Notes: generated by a model not told the origin, from the sequence alone. A DNA stretch of 64,000 bases from an uncultured Arcobacter sp. (GCA_964458495.1 CAYWJB010000003.1:163195-227194), one strand, 5' to 3'. Shown: positions 9,762 through 17,975, counted from the stretch's first letter. Made by a program: numbers and translations.

Positions 9762-10286
9762 ATGGCAGAACGGACCGGCCGGCTCCAGCGCGAGATCCTC
9801 CAGAAGCGCCCCTTCCAGAGCGTTTACCAAGAGGCGTTCCTGGGCGTGATGAAGACGGCGGACTGCTTCCGCCGCGCCGTCGCCGGGGTGCTCCACCCCT
9901 TCGGCATCACGCCGCAGCAGTACAACGTGCTCAGAATCCTGCGGGGCGCGGAGCCGGACGGGCTCCCGACCCTCGCCATCGCCGGACGGCTGATCGAGGA
10001 GACCCCGGGCATGACGCGCCTGCTCGACAGGCTGGAGGCCAGGAAGCTCATCCGCCGTGCCCGCTGCCGCGAAGACCGCCGGCAGGTGCTGTGCCGGGCG
10101 ACGCCGGCGGGGCTGGAGCTGCTCAGGCGGATCGACCCGCTGATCGGCTCGCCCGAGCGCCGTCTGGCCGCGGTGTGGAAGCAGGCCGAGGCGCGCGCGC
10201 TCGTCGGCCTGCTCGACAAGGCGCGCGAGGCCCTGGCCGGGCCGGATCTGCCGCAAGAAAACACCCGTCAGAGGAGCAAGGAATGA
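9762..10286 (+). CDS. MarR family transcriptional regulator
   Basis: 174 aa. Winged-helix block ITPQQYNVLRIL...LPTLAIAGRLIEETPGMTRLLDRLEARKLI...DRRQV. Confidence 0.9.
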   Translation: MAERTGRLQREILQKRPFQSVYQEAFLGVMKTADCFRRAVAGVLHPFGITPQQYNVLRILRGAEPDGLPTLAIAGRLIEETPGMTRLLDRLEARKLIRRARCREDRRQVLCRATPAGLELLRRIDPLIGSPERRLAAVWKQAEARALVGLLDKAREALAGPDLPQENTRQRSKE

Positions 10287-10879
10287 TGCAGAAAAACACG
10301 ATTCTCTCGCTTGTACTCGCCGCCGCCGCGGCGCCCGCCCTGGTGGCGCAGCCGTACACGATCGACGGCTCGCATTCGAAGGCCCACTTCACCGTCCGCC
10401 ACATGATGGTGAGCAATGTGCGCGGCGAGTTCTCGAAGATGACCGGCAAGATCGAATACGACGAGAAGAAGCCGGAAGCGATTCAGATCGAGGCCACCAT
10501 CGACGTCAACTCCATCAACACGGGAGAGCCGAAGCGGGACGCCCACCTGAAGAGCCCGGATTTCTTCGACGCCGCCAAGTATCCCGAAATCACGTTCCGC
10601 TCGAAGAGTGCGCGGAAGACGGCGAACGGGTTGGCGGTGACGGGAGACTTGAAGATCCACGGTGTGACAAGGCAGGTGGTGCTGCAGGTGGAGGGACCGA
10701 CTCCCGAGATCCGCGATCCCTGGGGCAATCTGCGGCGCGGCGCGACGGCCACGACGAAGATCAACCGCAAGGATTTCGGCCTCACCTGGAACGCCGCGCT
10801 GGAGACCGGCGGCGTGGTGGTGGGCGATGAGGTCTCGATCACGATCGACGTGGAAGCCATCCGCCAGGCCGAGAAGTAA
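10283..10879 (+). CDS. YceI family (polyisoprenoid-binding) periplasmic protein
   Basis: Signal peptide followed by YTIDGSHSKAHFTVRHMMVSNVRGEF...EPKRDAHLKSPDFFDAAKYPEITF. ATGA overlap with the MarR stop. Confidence 0.9.
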   Translation: MMQKNTILSLVLAAAAAPALVAQPYTIDGSHSKAHFTVRHMMVSNVRGEFSKMTGKIEYDEKKPEAIQIEATIDVNSINTGEPKRDAHLKSPDFFDAAKYPEITFRSKSARKTANGLAVTGDLKIHGVTRQVVLQVEGPTPEIRDPWGNLRRGATATTKINRKDFGLTWNAALETGGVVVGDEVSITIDVEAIRQAEK

Positions 10880-10976
10880 CCGGGTGATGCGGGCCACGCC
10901 GAGCGCGCCCGTACTTAGGCTCGTGCCGGCACGATAGAATCAGACGGGCGCCCGGCGCCCGCGACGATCCGCGTTC

Positions 10977-11774
10977 ATGCGAGCTTCCCCGGCCATCCTG
11001 TGCGCGCTCGCATGCCTGGCCACGCTGCCCGGCTGCCGGCGCGAGTCCTCCGGCGGAGCGGCCCCGCTCCGCTTCGAGACGCGCCGCTTCGAGCGGATCC
11101 TGCCCGGATGCGGCGACCTCTCCAAACGCGAGGAGCCTTGCGTCTCCTTCCATGTGTCCTGGCCGGAAGTCGTGGGCGGCTCTTCCGCGGAGGCGCGGGC
11201 GCGAATCAACGCCGCCATACTGGCTTCGTTGCAGCCGCTGGAGGCGCCGCGCGGCTTCGAGGCCGAGGCCGGGCAGTGGATCGCTGACTACCGCCGCTTC
11301 CACGAGGAGTTCCCCGAATCCGGCGTGACCTACTTCGCGCGGCGGACCGCCTCCGTGCTCTTTCAGTCGGGCAGTCTGGTCACGATCGAGACGCGCACCG
11401 ACGAGTTCCGCGGGGGCCCGGAGCCGGAGTCGCGCCGCTCCTTCCTCAACCTGGCCCCGGCGACCGGGCTGGCCGTGGAACTGGAAACCCTTCTCGAGCC
11501 GGGCGGCAAGAAGGACCTGGCCCGCCTGGCGGAATGGCGCTTCCGGCAGCAGCGCTACATCCCCGCCGACAGCCGGCTGTCGGAAGCGGGCTTCACCTTC
11601 GACGAAGACGCCTTTGCAATCCCGCGCCACTGGGGCTTCAGCCCGGCAGGGCTCGTGCTGCACTACAATGCCGGCGAGGTCGCGCCCCCGGCATTGGGCG
11701 CCACGACGCTGGTGGCGCCGTGGAACGAGCTGCGCGGCATTGTCAGCGCCAGGGCCGGCGTTCTGCCGAAATGA
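10977..11774 (+). CDS. Lipoprotein, DUF4163/DUF3298-like (RsiV/PdaC-C-terminal type)
   Basis: 265 aa. Lipobox-like LATLPGC. The two-lobed pattern, with a GG-containing core (EFRGGPEP) followed by SFLNL...G..L.L..LL, resembles DUF3298. Confidence 0.6.
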   Translation: MRASPAILCALACLATLPGCRRESSGGAAPLRFETRRFERILPGCGDLSKREEPCVSFHVSWPEVVGGSSAEARARINAAILASLQPLEAPRGFEAEAGQWIADYRRFHEEFPESGVTYFARRTASVLFQSGSLVTIETRTDEFRGGPEPESRRSFLNLAPATGLAVELETLLEPGGKKDLARLAEWRFRQQRYIPADSRLSEAGFTFDEDAFAIPRHWGFSPAGLVLHYNAGEVAPPALGATTLVAPWNELRGIVSARAGVLPK

Positions 11775-11786
11775 CGCGGGCCGCCC

Positions 11787-12926
11787 TCAGGCCGGAACGA
11801 CGCGCGGAATCCGCTCCGCCACGGGCGGCAGAGGCGGAAATTCTGTGGCCGGCTTGTCCTGGTACCAGTAGGCGCAGCTGTAATAATTGTCGGCGCGGTC
11901 GTTGCCGTGGCCGTGCTCCATGGTGTGCTTCAGATAGCGGGTGAAGGTCACCGGGTTGTCGCCGTGGAAGCGGTAACAGCAATAGCGGCCGCCGGTGCGT
12001 TCGGGGCTCTGGATCAGCGGCGCGCCGCACTGGTGGTAGGCAAACGGCCGCGCGTTGTCGCGCCCGCCGAAGTTCCAGCTTCCCAGGAAGTAGTCTTCAC
12101 TGCCGGTGCCGATGATGAGCGGCTTCAACTCGTCGTCGATGAAGATCATGTCGTCGCCCTCGCCCATCCAGTACTCGCTGTTCTGAATCACGCCGAGCGT
12201 CACGCCCATCAGGTGCCCGCGCCCGCGCGTCTCCACATAGACGTGATTAAAGCGGCCATCGGGGTTCGGCGGCGTCTTTCCGTCGGCGCCGCGCACCGCC
12301 CTGTGGGGCGTAGCCTGCCGGTACTGCGCGTGAAAGTAGAGCGCATCGGCGGGCAGCGCGGGCACGCTCATGAAGTCGATATTCGAATAGAAGCTGTTGA
12401 CGTCGCGCGAGCCCTCGTTGGCCACCGTCATCCGGGCGCTGCGGAAGTATGGCATCACGAAGTAGCAGTTGAGCGACCGGCCCGGAGAGCAGGACAGGTA
12501 CTGGCTCTCGTAGAGCACATAGTCGCCGAGGTTGAGGCCGAAGAAATCGCCCACCGGCGCCTCGATGCTGGGCCGCGCCGCGCCGTCCCACCAGGCGCGC
12601 AGCACCAGTTCCTTCAAATGATGGACGCTCTGGGCGGCGATGGTGAACCAGATGTGCGTGATCGCGCCGGGTCCCTGCTGGCGGAAGATCTCGATCTCCT
12701 GGCCGGGCGCGATGGGCCAGCGGTCGGAGTTGCCGCCGGTCGGATCATGGCTGCTCTGCTTGAGCGAGCGGTAGTTCTGGGCGCGGCACCACGCCGGCAG
12801 AATGCCGGCGGCGGCCACCGGCTCGGCGGCCTGCGGCTGCGCGCCCTGCGCGGCGCGCGGCGCCGCCCCCAAGCCCAGCGCCGCCAGCGCGCCGCGGAAG
12901 AATCCTCGTCGTTCCACTCCAGGCAT
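11787..12926 (-). CDS. DUF2961 / glycoside hydrolase family 172 protein, Tat-exported
   Basis: Real gene is the 3' 379 codons of track ORF 11787..14417. Twin-arginine signal MPGVERRGFFRGALAALG. DUF2961 blocks WMGEGDDMIFIDD and GTGSEDYF are present. Confidence 0.85.
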   Translation of the reverse strand: MPGVERRGFFRGALAALGLGAAPRAAQGAQPQAAEPVAAAGILPAWCRAQNYRSLKQSSHDPTGGNSDRWPIAPGQEIEIFRQQGPGAITHIWFTIAAQSVHHLKELVLRAWWDGAARPSIEAPVGDFFGLNLGDYVLYESQYLSCSPGRSLNCYFVMPYFRSARMTVANEGSRDVNSFYSNIDFMSVPALPADALYFHAQYRQATPHRAVRGADGKTPPNPDGRFNHVYVETRGRGHLMGVTLGVIQNSEYWMGEGDDMIFIDDELKPLIIGTGSEDYFLGSWNFGGRDNARPFAYHQCGAPLIQSPERTGGRYCCYRFHGDNPVTFTRYLKHTMEHGHGNDRADNYYSCAYWYQDKPATEFPPLPPVAERIPRVVPA

Positions 12927-13043
12927 CGATGCACCTCCTTGCGATTTTGCGGAAATCGCGGGAATCATATCGCAGGCGGGCGCGGCGCGAAAGAGCATGG
13001 CTTCCGTCCCCGAGCGGGTGTATGGTGGATGCAGGGGCGAATC

Positions 13044-13748
13044 ATGAGAATTCTGGCGATCGCGGCCTGCGCGGGCCTGCTGGCCTCCGCCGCAGAAAAG
13101 ACCGTCTGGCGCGGGCAGGCGTCCGACCGCAAGGTGTCGATCGACGCGCGTTTGTGCATCGACAAGGACGAGGTCAAGGCGCTCCTCGGCCACGATCCCG
13201 GACCGAGCCTCGTGATCGTGGAAGTCACCGTCGCACCCGCGCCGGACACAACGCTGCGGCTGGACCGCGAGGACTTCCTGCTGCGCTCGGACCGCGACGG
13301 GCAGCGCTCGCGGCCGCTGGATCCGGCGCAGATCGCCGGGTCCGCCGTGCTGGTCATCAGCTCCCGCGGCGGAACGCAAGGCACTGGCATGTCGGAGGAG
13401 CGGCGCGTGCCGTGGGGCGGCGTGCCGGGCGTTCCGGGCGGCTCGCCCACGGGCGGCCCTCCGCGCGGCCTGCCCATGCCGGGACAGTCGCCCAACGTGG
13501 GCACGGCCACTGCCGACACGAGCGAGGCCGTGGCCAGCATCGAGGAGCGGGAGAAGAAATCGAACCCGCTGCTGGACGCGCTCGCGGAGAAGATGCTGGC
13601 CGACGGGGAAATCACGAAGCCCGCCCATGGACTGCTGTATTTCCTCATCGAAGGCAAGCTGCGCGCTAAAGACCTGGAGCTCGTATACCGCAAGGCGCCT
13701 CCCCGGCTCCACGTCCGCTTCACCGATCCCTCGAAGAAAAAGAAGTAG
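13044..13748 (+). CDS. Hypothetical secreted protein
   Basis: 234 aa from the internal ATG of track ORF 11907..13748. It has a signal peptide, a Gly/Pro-rich middle and a Lys-rich C-terminus. No family recognised. Confidence 0.6.
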   Translation: MRILAIAACAGLLASAAEKTVWRGQASDRKVSIDARLCIDKDEVKALLGHDPGPSLVIVEVTVAPAPDTTLRLDREDFLLRSDRDGQRSRPLDPAQIAGSAVLVISSRGGTQGTGMSEERRVPWGGVPGVPGGSPTGGPPRGLPMPGQSPNVGTATADTSEAVASIEEREKKSNPLLDALAEKMLADGEITKPAHGLLYFLIEGKLRAKDLELVYRKAPPRLHVRFTDPSKKKK

Positions 13749-13757
13749 CCGCACCCT

Positions 13758-14849
13758 ATGCACCTGTCCGACATCGATACCCCCGCCATCCTCATCGACG
13801 CCGGCATTCTGGAGCGCAATCTGGAGCGCGCCGCCGCCTACGCGCGCCGGCACGGCCTGCGGCTGCGGCCCCACATCAAGACGCACAAAATTCCGGCGCT
13901 GGCCCGCCGGCAGCTGGAGCTCGGCGCCTGCGGCATCACCTGCGCCAAGACCACCGAGGCGCTGGCGATGCTCGCCTGCGAGCCGCCCGATGTGTTGATC
14001 GCCTATCCGGTGATCGGCGCGGCGAAGGTGGCGCGCCTCATCGAACTGGCGCGGCGCACGCACGTGACAGTGTCGCTCGACAGCCTGGAGGCCGCGCGCC
14101 CCATCGCGGAAGCGGCGCGCGCCGCAGGAGTCGAAATCGGCGTGCTGGCCGAAATCGACGTGGGACTTCGCCGTGTGGGCGTGCCCCCCGGTGAGCCCGT
14201 GCTCGGCCTGGTTCTCGACCTGCTCCGCCTGGACGGGCTCCGCTGGCGCGGGCTCGCCTTCTATCCCGGCCACATCAAGGCGCTCGATGAAGCCGGCCGC
14301 GCCCAGCTCGGCTCGCTGCGGGAGGCGCTGTGGTCGACGGTGAGCCTGTTGAAGGAACGCGGCCTCGAGCCGGAGGTCGTCAGCGGCGGCTCCACTCCCC
14401 TGCTCTGGGAGTCGCACACGATGCCGGAGATGAACGAGATCCGCCCGGGCACCTACATCTTCAACGACCGCAACACGGTGCTTTCAGGGGCCTGCTCGCC
14501 CGCCGACTGCGCGGCCACGATTCTGGCCACTGTCGTCAGCGCCGCGCCGGACCGCATCATCATTGACGGCGGCTCGAAGACCTTCTCCTCGGACCGTTTG
14601 GCCGCCACCGGCGAAGCCACCTTCGGCGAGGTTCTCGGCCACCCGCGGCTGCGCTTCCACAAGATGAACGAGGAGCACGGCTTCATCGATCCCAACGGCG
14701 AGCCGCAGAGCTTCCGCCCGGGAGACCGGCTGCGGATCGTGCCCAACCACATCTGCGTGGCGATGAACCTGCACGAGCGCGTCTTCGCCGTGCGCGGCGA
14801 AGACGTTGTGGCCGAATGGCGCGTCGAGGCGCGCGGCAAGCTCCAATAA
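13758..14849 (+). CDS. D-TA/DSD1 family PLP-dependent enzyme (D-threonine aldolase / D-serine dehydratase-like)
   Basis: 363 aa. The alanine-racemase N-terminal fold carries the PLP-lysine block RPHIKTHK. C-terminal HGF...PNH block is also present. Confidence 0.85.
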   Translation: MHLSDIDTPAILIDAGILERNLERAAAYARRHGLRLRPHIKTHKIPALARRQLELGACGITCAKTTEALAMLACEPPDVLIAYPVIGAAKVARLIELARRTHVTVSLDSLEAARPIAEAARAAGVEIGVLAEIDVGLRRVGVPPGEPVLGLVLDLLRLDGLRWRGLAFYPGHIKALDEAGRAQLGSLREALWSTVSLLKERGLEPEVVSGGSTPLLWESHTMPEMNEIRPGTYIFNDRNTVLSGACSPADCAATILATVVSAAPDRIIIDGGSKTFSSDRLAATGEATFGEVLGHPRLRFHKMNEEHGFIDPNGEPQSFRPGDRLRIVPNHICVAMNLHERVFAVRGEDVVAEWRVEARGKLQ

Positions 14850-14876
14850 CGGCCGCGCAAGGGCAGGGGCGCGGAC

Positions 14877-16007
14877 TCAGGCGTCCACGCCGTGCGGCGC
14901 CTCTTCCTTCTCCGGCTCCAGGTGCGCCAGCTCGCGCCGCCGGTGGAGCGCGAAGTACATCGCCACCAGCGTCACGCCCGCCAGCCCCGCGCCGATCATC
15001 AGATACAGAAGCCGCAAGACGCCCCGCGTGGGCGCGAACGCATCGCGCGTGTTCTGCGCTACCAGCACGCGCCAGTTCAGGTTCGGGAACGACTCCTCCA
15101 GCCCCGGACTCCCATAGCCGATGATCACCGGCTCGCCGCCCGGCAGAGGAGCGATCACATAGCCCTGCCACCGCAACGGACCCGCCGCCATCGACTCCTG
15201 CGCCGCGTGAAACTCGGCCGACTTCACGTTCATCGACAGGTTCACGTTCGGAGCGTGGATCACCGTGCCATCGCCCTTCACGAGCATCATTCGCGACGTC
15301 GGCCCTAGGTCCAGCCGGTGCAGCAGCGGGAAGATGCTCGAGACCTCGATCAACGCGTCCAGCGCGCCGATGAACGTGTTGGTCTCCTCGTCCATCACCG
15401 GCACTCCCAGGCCGACATAGTAGGACTTGGTCACATCGTCGTAAAGCACGTCGGTGACGTGCACGGCGCCCCGGCCTTGCGCGTAGATCGCCTGCCAGAA
15501 GTCCTCGTCCGCCTGGTAATAGTCCAGCGTCTTGTGCGTCGCCGCCACCACCGCGCCCTGCTTGTCGGTGAGCGTCAGGCGCAGGAAGCGGCGGTCGCGG
15601 TCGCGCCACTTCACCATCAGGCGCGACGCCGCGTTGGCAAGCACCGGGCGCGCAAAGGCCTCGCCCCGAGGCGTGTTCCATTCGCGCTCGATCTGGCTGA
15701 TGCGTTCCGAAATCGCCTGCTCCGATCTGCCCTCGTATGTCGCGTTGGCCCGCTTCACCGTGTCCACGATCAGCGGGTCTGCCGCCAGCGTCCCTGCGGC
15801 CAGAATCCGTTCATGGAAAAACGTCGCCACTTCGCTCGCCGTGAATTCGGCGATCGTCCGGAAATACTGGCCCCAGTGGCGGTCCAGCGCCTGCCCGGCC
15901 CGGCTCACCACGATCAGCCCGATCGCGCAAATCGGAATGACCGTGAGCATCAGTCCGGTCAACAGGCGCCGCAGCGGGATTCTCAGCTCGTACCGGTCGC
16001 CAGGCAT
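14877..16007 (-). CDS. Membrane-bound Cache-domain sensor protein without output domain
   Basis: ATG at 16007 is preceded by GAGGAGG; the track's TTG at 16022 is less likely. Layout is TM1, a ~300-aa periplasmic Cache-like region (DKQGAVVAATH...YYQADEDFW...YYVGLGVPV...FIGALDALI), TM2 and a 22-aa tail. Confidence 0.7.
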   Translation of the reverse strand: MPGDRYELRIPLRRLLTGLMLTVIPICAIGLIVVSRAGQALDRHWGQYFRTIAEFTASEVATFFHERILAAGTLAADPLIVDTVKRANATYEGRSEQAISERISQIEREWNTPRGEAFARPVLANAASRLMVKWRDRDRRFLRLTLTDKQGAVVAATHKTLDYYQADEDFWQAIYAQGRGAVHVTDVLYDDVTKSYYVGLGVPVMDEETNTFIGALDALIEVSSIFPLLHRLDLGPTSRMMLVKGDGTVIHAPNVNLSMNVKSAEFHAAQESMAAGPLRWQGYVIAPLPGGEPVIIGYGSPGLEESFPNLNWRVLVAQNTRDAFAPTRGVLRLLYLMIGAGLAGVTLVAMYFALHRRRELAHLEPEKEEAPHGVDA

Positions 16008-16280
16008 GACGTGCCTCCTCAAGCTTGGTCTCTGCGGGCGCCGCCCTCGGCAGGCCGCGGGGCCTGCTGCCGGCCTGCGAGCGCCCGCCGGTTGTCCGGG
16101 CCGGAGGCCGGCCGGCGGCCAAAATCTCGCGCCCCCAGTCTAGGACAATTGCGCCCTGCTGACTAGGGGGGAGTAAATGTTTCCGCCCGGAAGAACGGCC
16201 CGCCTCCCGGTCCGGTAATTCTTACCGCTTGATTCCCTGCCCGTGGCGACAAATCTTTGATTTTTCATGGCTTCGCGGGT

Positions 16281-16296
16281 TGGCACAAAGCTTGCT
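16281..16296 (+). promoter_or_regulatory. Sigma-54 (RpoN) type -24/-12 promoter core
   Basis: TGGCAC (16281-16286), N5, TTGC (16292-16295) is an exact match to TGGCAC-N5-TTGC. It lies in an intergenic region and is oriented toward the downstream + strand gene. Confidence 0.5.
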
Positions 16297-16316
16297 AAAT
16301 GAGGGTCAGGAACCCC

Positions 16317-17213
16317 ATGACACAGGAAAACAGCAACCTCACTCCCTTGACCGAGCCCGCGCCTTCCAAGACGCCCTGGCTCGGCATCCTTCTCGCCGCC
16401 GGCCTCGTGGCCGCTCTCGGCGGGCTTCTCTACCTGCACAACCTCCATGTCAATCTGCGCATGGAGACGGCGGCTCTGAAGCAGGAGCTCGCCGGCTTGC
16501 GCCAGTCGATGAGCACTTCTGACGTCAACGCCGCACAGACGATTTCCGCCCTGCGTTCGGAGCTCGAGAACGTGCGCAAGGAAACCGCCACCACCGGCGA
16601 GGAGGCGCGCCGCGTAGCGCGCCGGCAGGCTGAAGCCGCGGCCGCGCGCGTCCAGAAGACGCTGGCCGAACAGCAGGCTGCCGAGAAGCAGCAGATCGTC
16701 CAGCAGATCGACGAGATCAAGTCGCGGGCCGAGCAGGCCACCGCCAAGCTGACCGACATCACCAGCGAAGTGGGCAGCGTCAAGAACGAGGTCGCCGCCA
16801 GCCGCAGCGAAATCGACAAGACGATCGCCGAACTGCGGCGGGTGACGGGAGACCTCGGCGTGTTGAGCGGGCTGATCGCCACCAACAGCAAAGAACTGGC
16901 GGCGTTGAAGCAGCTGGGCGACCGCGACTACTACGAGTTCAATCTGGCCAGGAAGTCCGGGCCGCAGCGGATCGGCGACGTCGTTGTGCAGCTGAAAAAG
17001 GCTGACATGAAGCGGAACCGCTTCACGGTGGAGATCGTGGCCGACGACAAGAAAGTCGAGAAGAAAGACCGCACGGTGAACGAGCCGGTGCAGTTCTATG
17101 TTCCCAGCAAGGCGCGCATCCCGTACGAGCTGGTGGTCAACGAAGTGAAGAAGGACGTCGTGGTCGGCTACCTGGCCGCGCCGAAGGTGAAGACGTCGGC
17201 CCAACGGCTCTGA
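16317..17213 (+). CDS. Hypothetical membrane-anchored coiled-coil protein
   Basis: Track ORF 16299..17213. I prefer ATG 16317 because ATG 16299 would lie upstream of the predicted sigma-54 TSS. Layout is an N-terminal TM, a long heptad-rich Ala/Gln/Glu segment and a beta-rich C-terminal domain. Confidence 0.75.
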   Translation: MTQENSNLTPLTEPAPSKTPWLGILLAAGLVAALGGLLYLHNLHVNLRMETAALKQELAGLRQSMSTSDVNAAQTISALRSELENVRKETATTGEEARRVARRQAEAAAARVQKTLAEQQAAEKQQIVQQIDEIKSRAEQATAKLTDITSEVGSVKNEVAASRSEIDKTIAELRRVTGDLGVLSGLIATNSKELAALKQLGDRDYYEFNLARKSGPQRIGDVVVQLKKADMKRNRFTVEIVADDKKVEKKDRTVNEPVQFYVPSKARIPYELVVNEVKKDVVVGYLAAPKVKTSAQRL

Positions 17214-17257
17214 CACGGGTGCGGCGGCGGGAATTCCGGAGGAAAGGAGGCGAGCCC

Positions 17258-17470
17258 ATGAAAAAGCGGTTGCATTTCGCGATTCTTGTTGCAGCGTGGA
17301 CCGTGTTGCCAGTTGTGGCCGCCTCTCCCGCGGGGCGGAGGCCCGGGCCTCCGCCGGACCCTCTGGGGGCCGGCAGGAGCGCGAGCTCCGCTGTTGCCGC
17401 CACCATGGATCATGAAATCGCGCGCCGGCCGGGCCCGCCGCCCGACCCCCTGGGGGAGGATCGCCGGTGA
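17258..17470 (+). CDS. Small secreted peptide with duplicated RRPGPPPDPLG motif
   Basis: ATG 17258 follows GGAAAGGAGG. Sec signal MKKRLHFAILVAAWTVLPVVAA. The two 11-aa motif copies (17336-17368, 17423-17455) differ at 7 of 33 nt, and all 7 differences are synonymous. Confidence 0.6.
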   Translation: MKKRLHFAILVAAWTVLPVVAASPAGRRPGPPPDPLGAGRSASSAVAATMDHEIARRPGPPPDPLGEDRR

Positions 17471-17928
17471 GCGCGCGCAGGGTTTGCCAGGCAATGTCAC
17501 TCTGTCTGGCGTGGGCAGCCGCGGGCCTGGCGGAGTCGTCGCCGGCTCGCGGCCACCGGTTGCCGCAGGCGCCGCAGGTAAGCGGCGCTGCGGCCCGGCT
17601 CGATCCGCTCTGGCTGGAGGAGGCGGACAGAAGCGCAGGAACAGCAAGATTTCAGTTTCATCCGGTGCGAATCCGAGGCCGCGCCGGGTGTGGAGCACCG
17701 GGAACCTCCTCCTCCCGGTTTCTTCCCGCTACGGAGCCCTCCCCGTCCGCGTTTCACCGTGTCCCGGTCCGCGGAGAGCTGACCGACCTCCGCATTTCCG
17801 GGGCGCGCAGCGGGCGGGGAGGCGCCGGGCGCGGAGGCTATACCCTCCACCGGCATTCGTGGCGCGCGCGGCTTCACCGCCGGCAAGCATCTTCTCTCTC
17901 CGTTTCTTCTTCCCTCTGCCGGCGATGA
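17467..17928 (+). CDS. Possible ORF (GTGA-coupled), doubtful
   Basis: GTG overlaps the upstream stop, and the ORF stop lies 13 nt before the terminator. By my hand count, only about the first 50 codons show gene-like third-position GC. The remainder uses many rare A/T-ending codons. Confidence 0.2.
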   Translation: MSARRVCQAMSLCLAWAAAGLAESSPARGHRLPQAPQVSGAAARLDPLWLEEADRSAGTARFQFHPVRIRGRAGCGAPGTSSSRFLPATEPSPSAFHRVPVRGELTDLRISGARSGRGGAGRGGYTLHRHSWRARLHRRQASSLSVSSSLCRR

Positions 17929-17940
17929 GCGCCGGGCGCT

Positions 17941-17975
17941 GGCGGGCCGGAGCATCCGGCCCGCCGTTTTTTATT
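17941..17975 (+). terminator. Rho-independent terminator
   Basis: GGCGGGCCGG-agcat-CCGGCCCGCC is a perfect 10-bp stem, followed by GTTTTTTATT. The U-tract is present only in the + orientation. Confidence 0.8.

Noticed and set aside
12927-14417. 5' extension of track ORF 11787..14417, which would make the GH172 protein 876 aa.
   Set aside because: The extension is antisense, in the complementary register, to two well-supported + strand genes (13044..13748 and 13758..14849). The Tat signal MPGVERRGFFRG marks a natural N-terminus at 12926.
17219-17257. Track start (GTG 17219) for the small peptide ORF, giving an MRRREFRRKGGEP N-terminal extension.
   Set aside because: The extension contains the strong GGAAAGGAGG ribosome-binding site that serves ATG 17258. 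The signal peptide begins at that ATG.
17664-17674. GGTGCGAATCC, reminiscent of a tRNA/tmRNA T-arm (GGTTCGAATCC), inside the unresolved 17467-17940 segment.
   Set aside because: The TPsiC loop TTC is changed to TGC. No acceptor stem, anticodon arm or 3' CCA context can be drawn around it. No tmRNA tag reading frame or GGGGCTGA-like 5' end is present.
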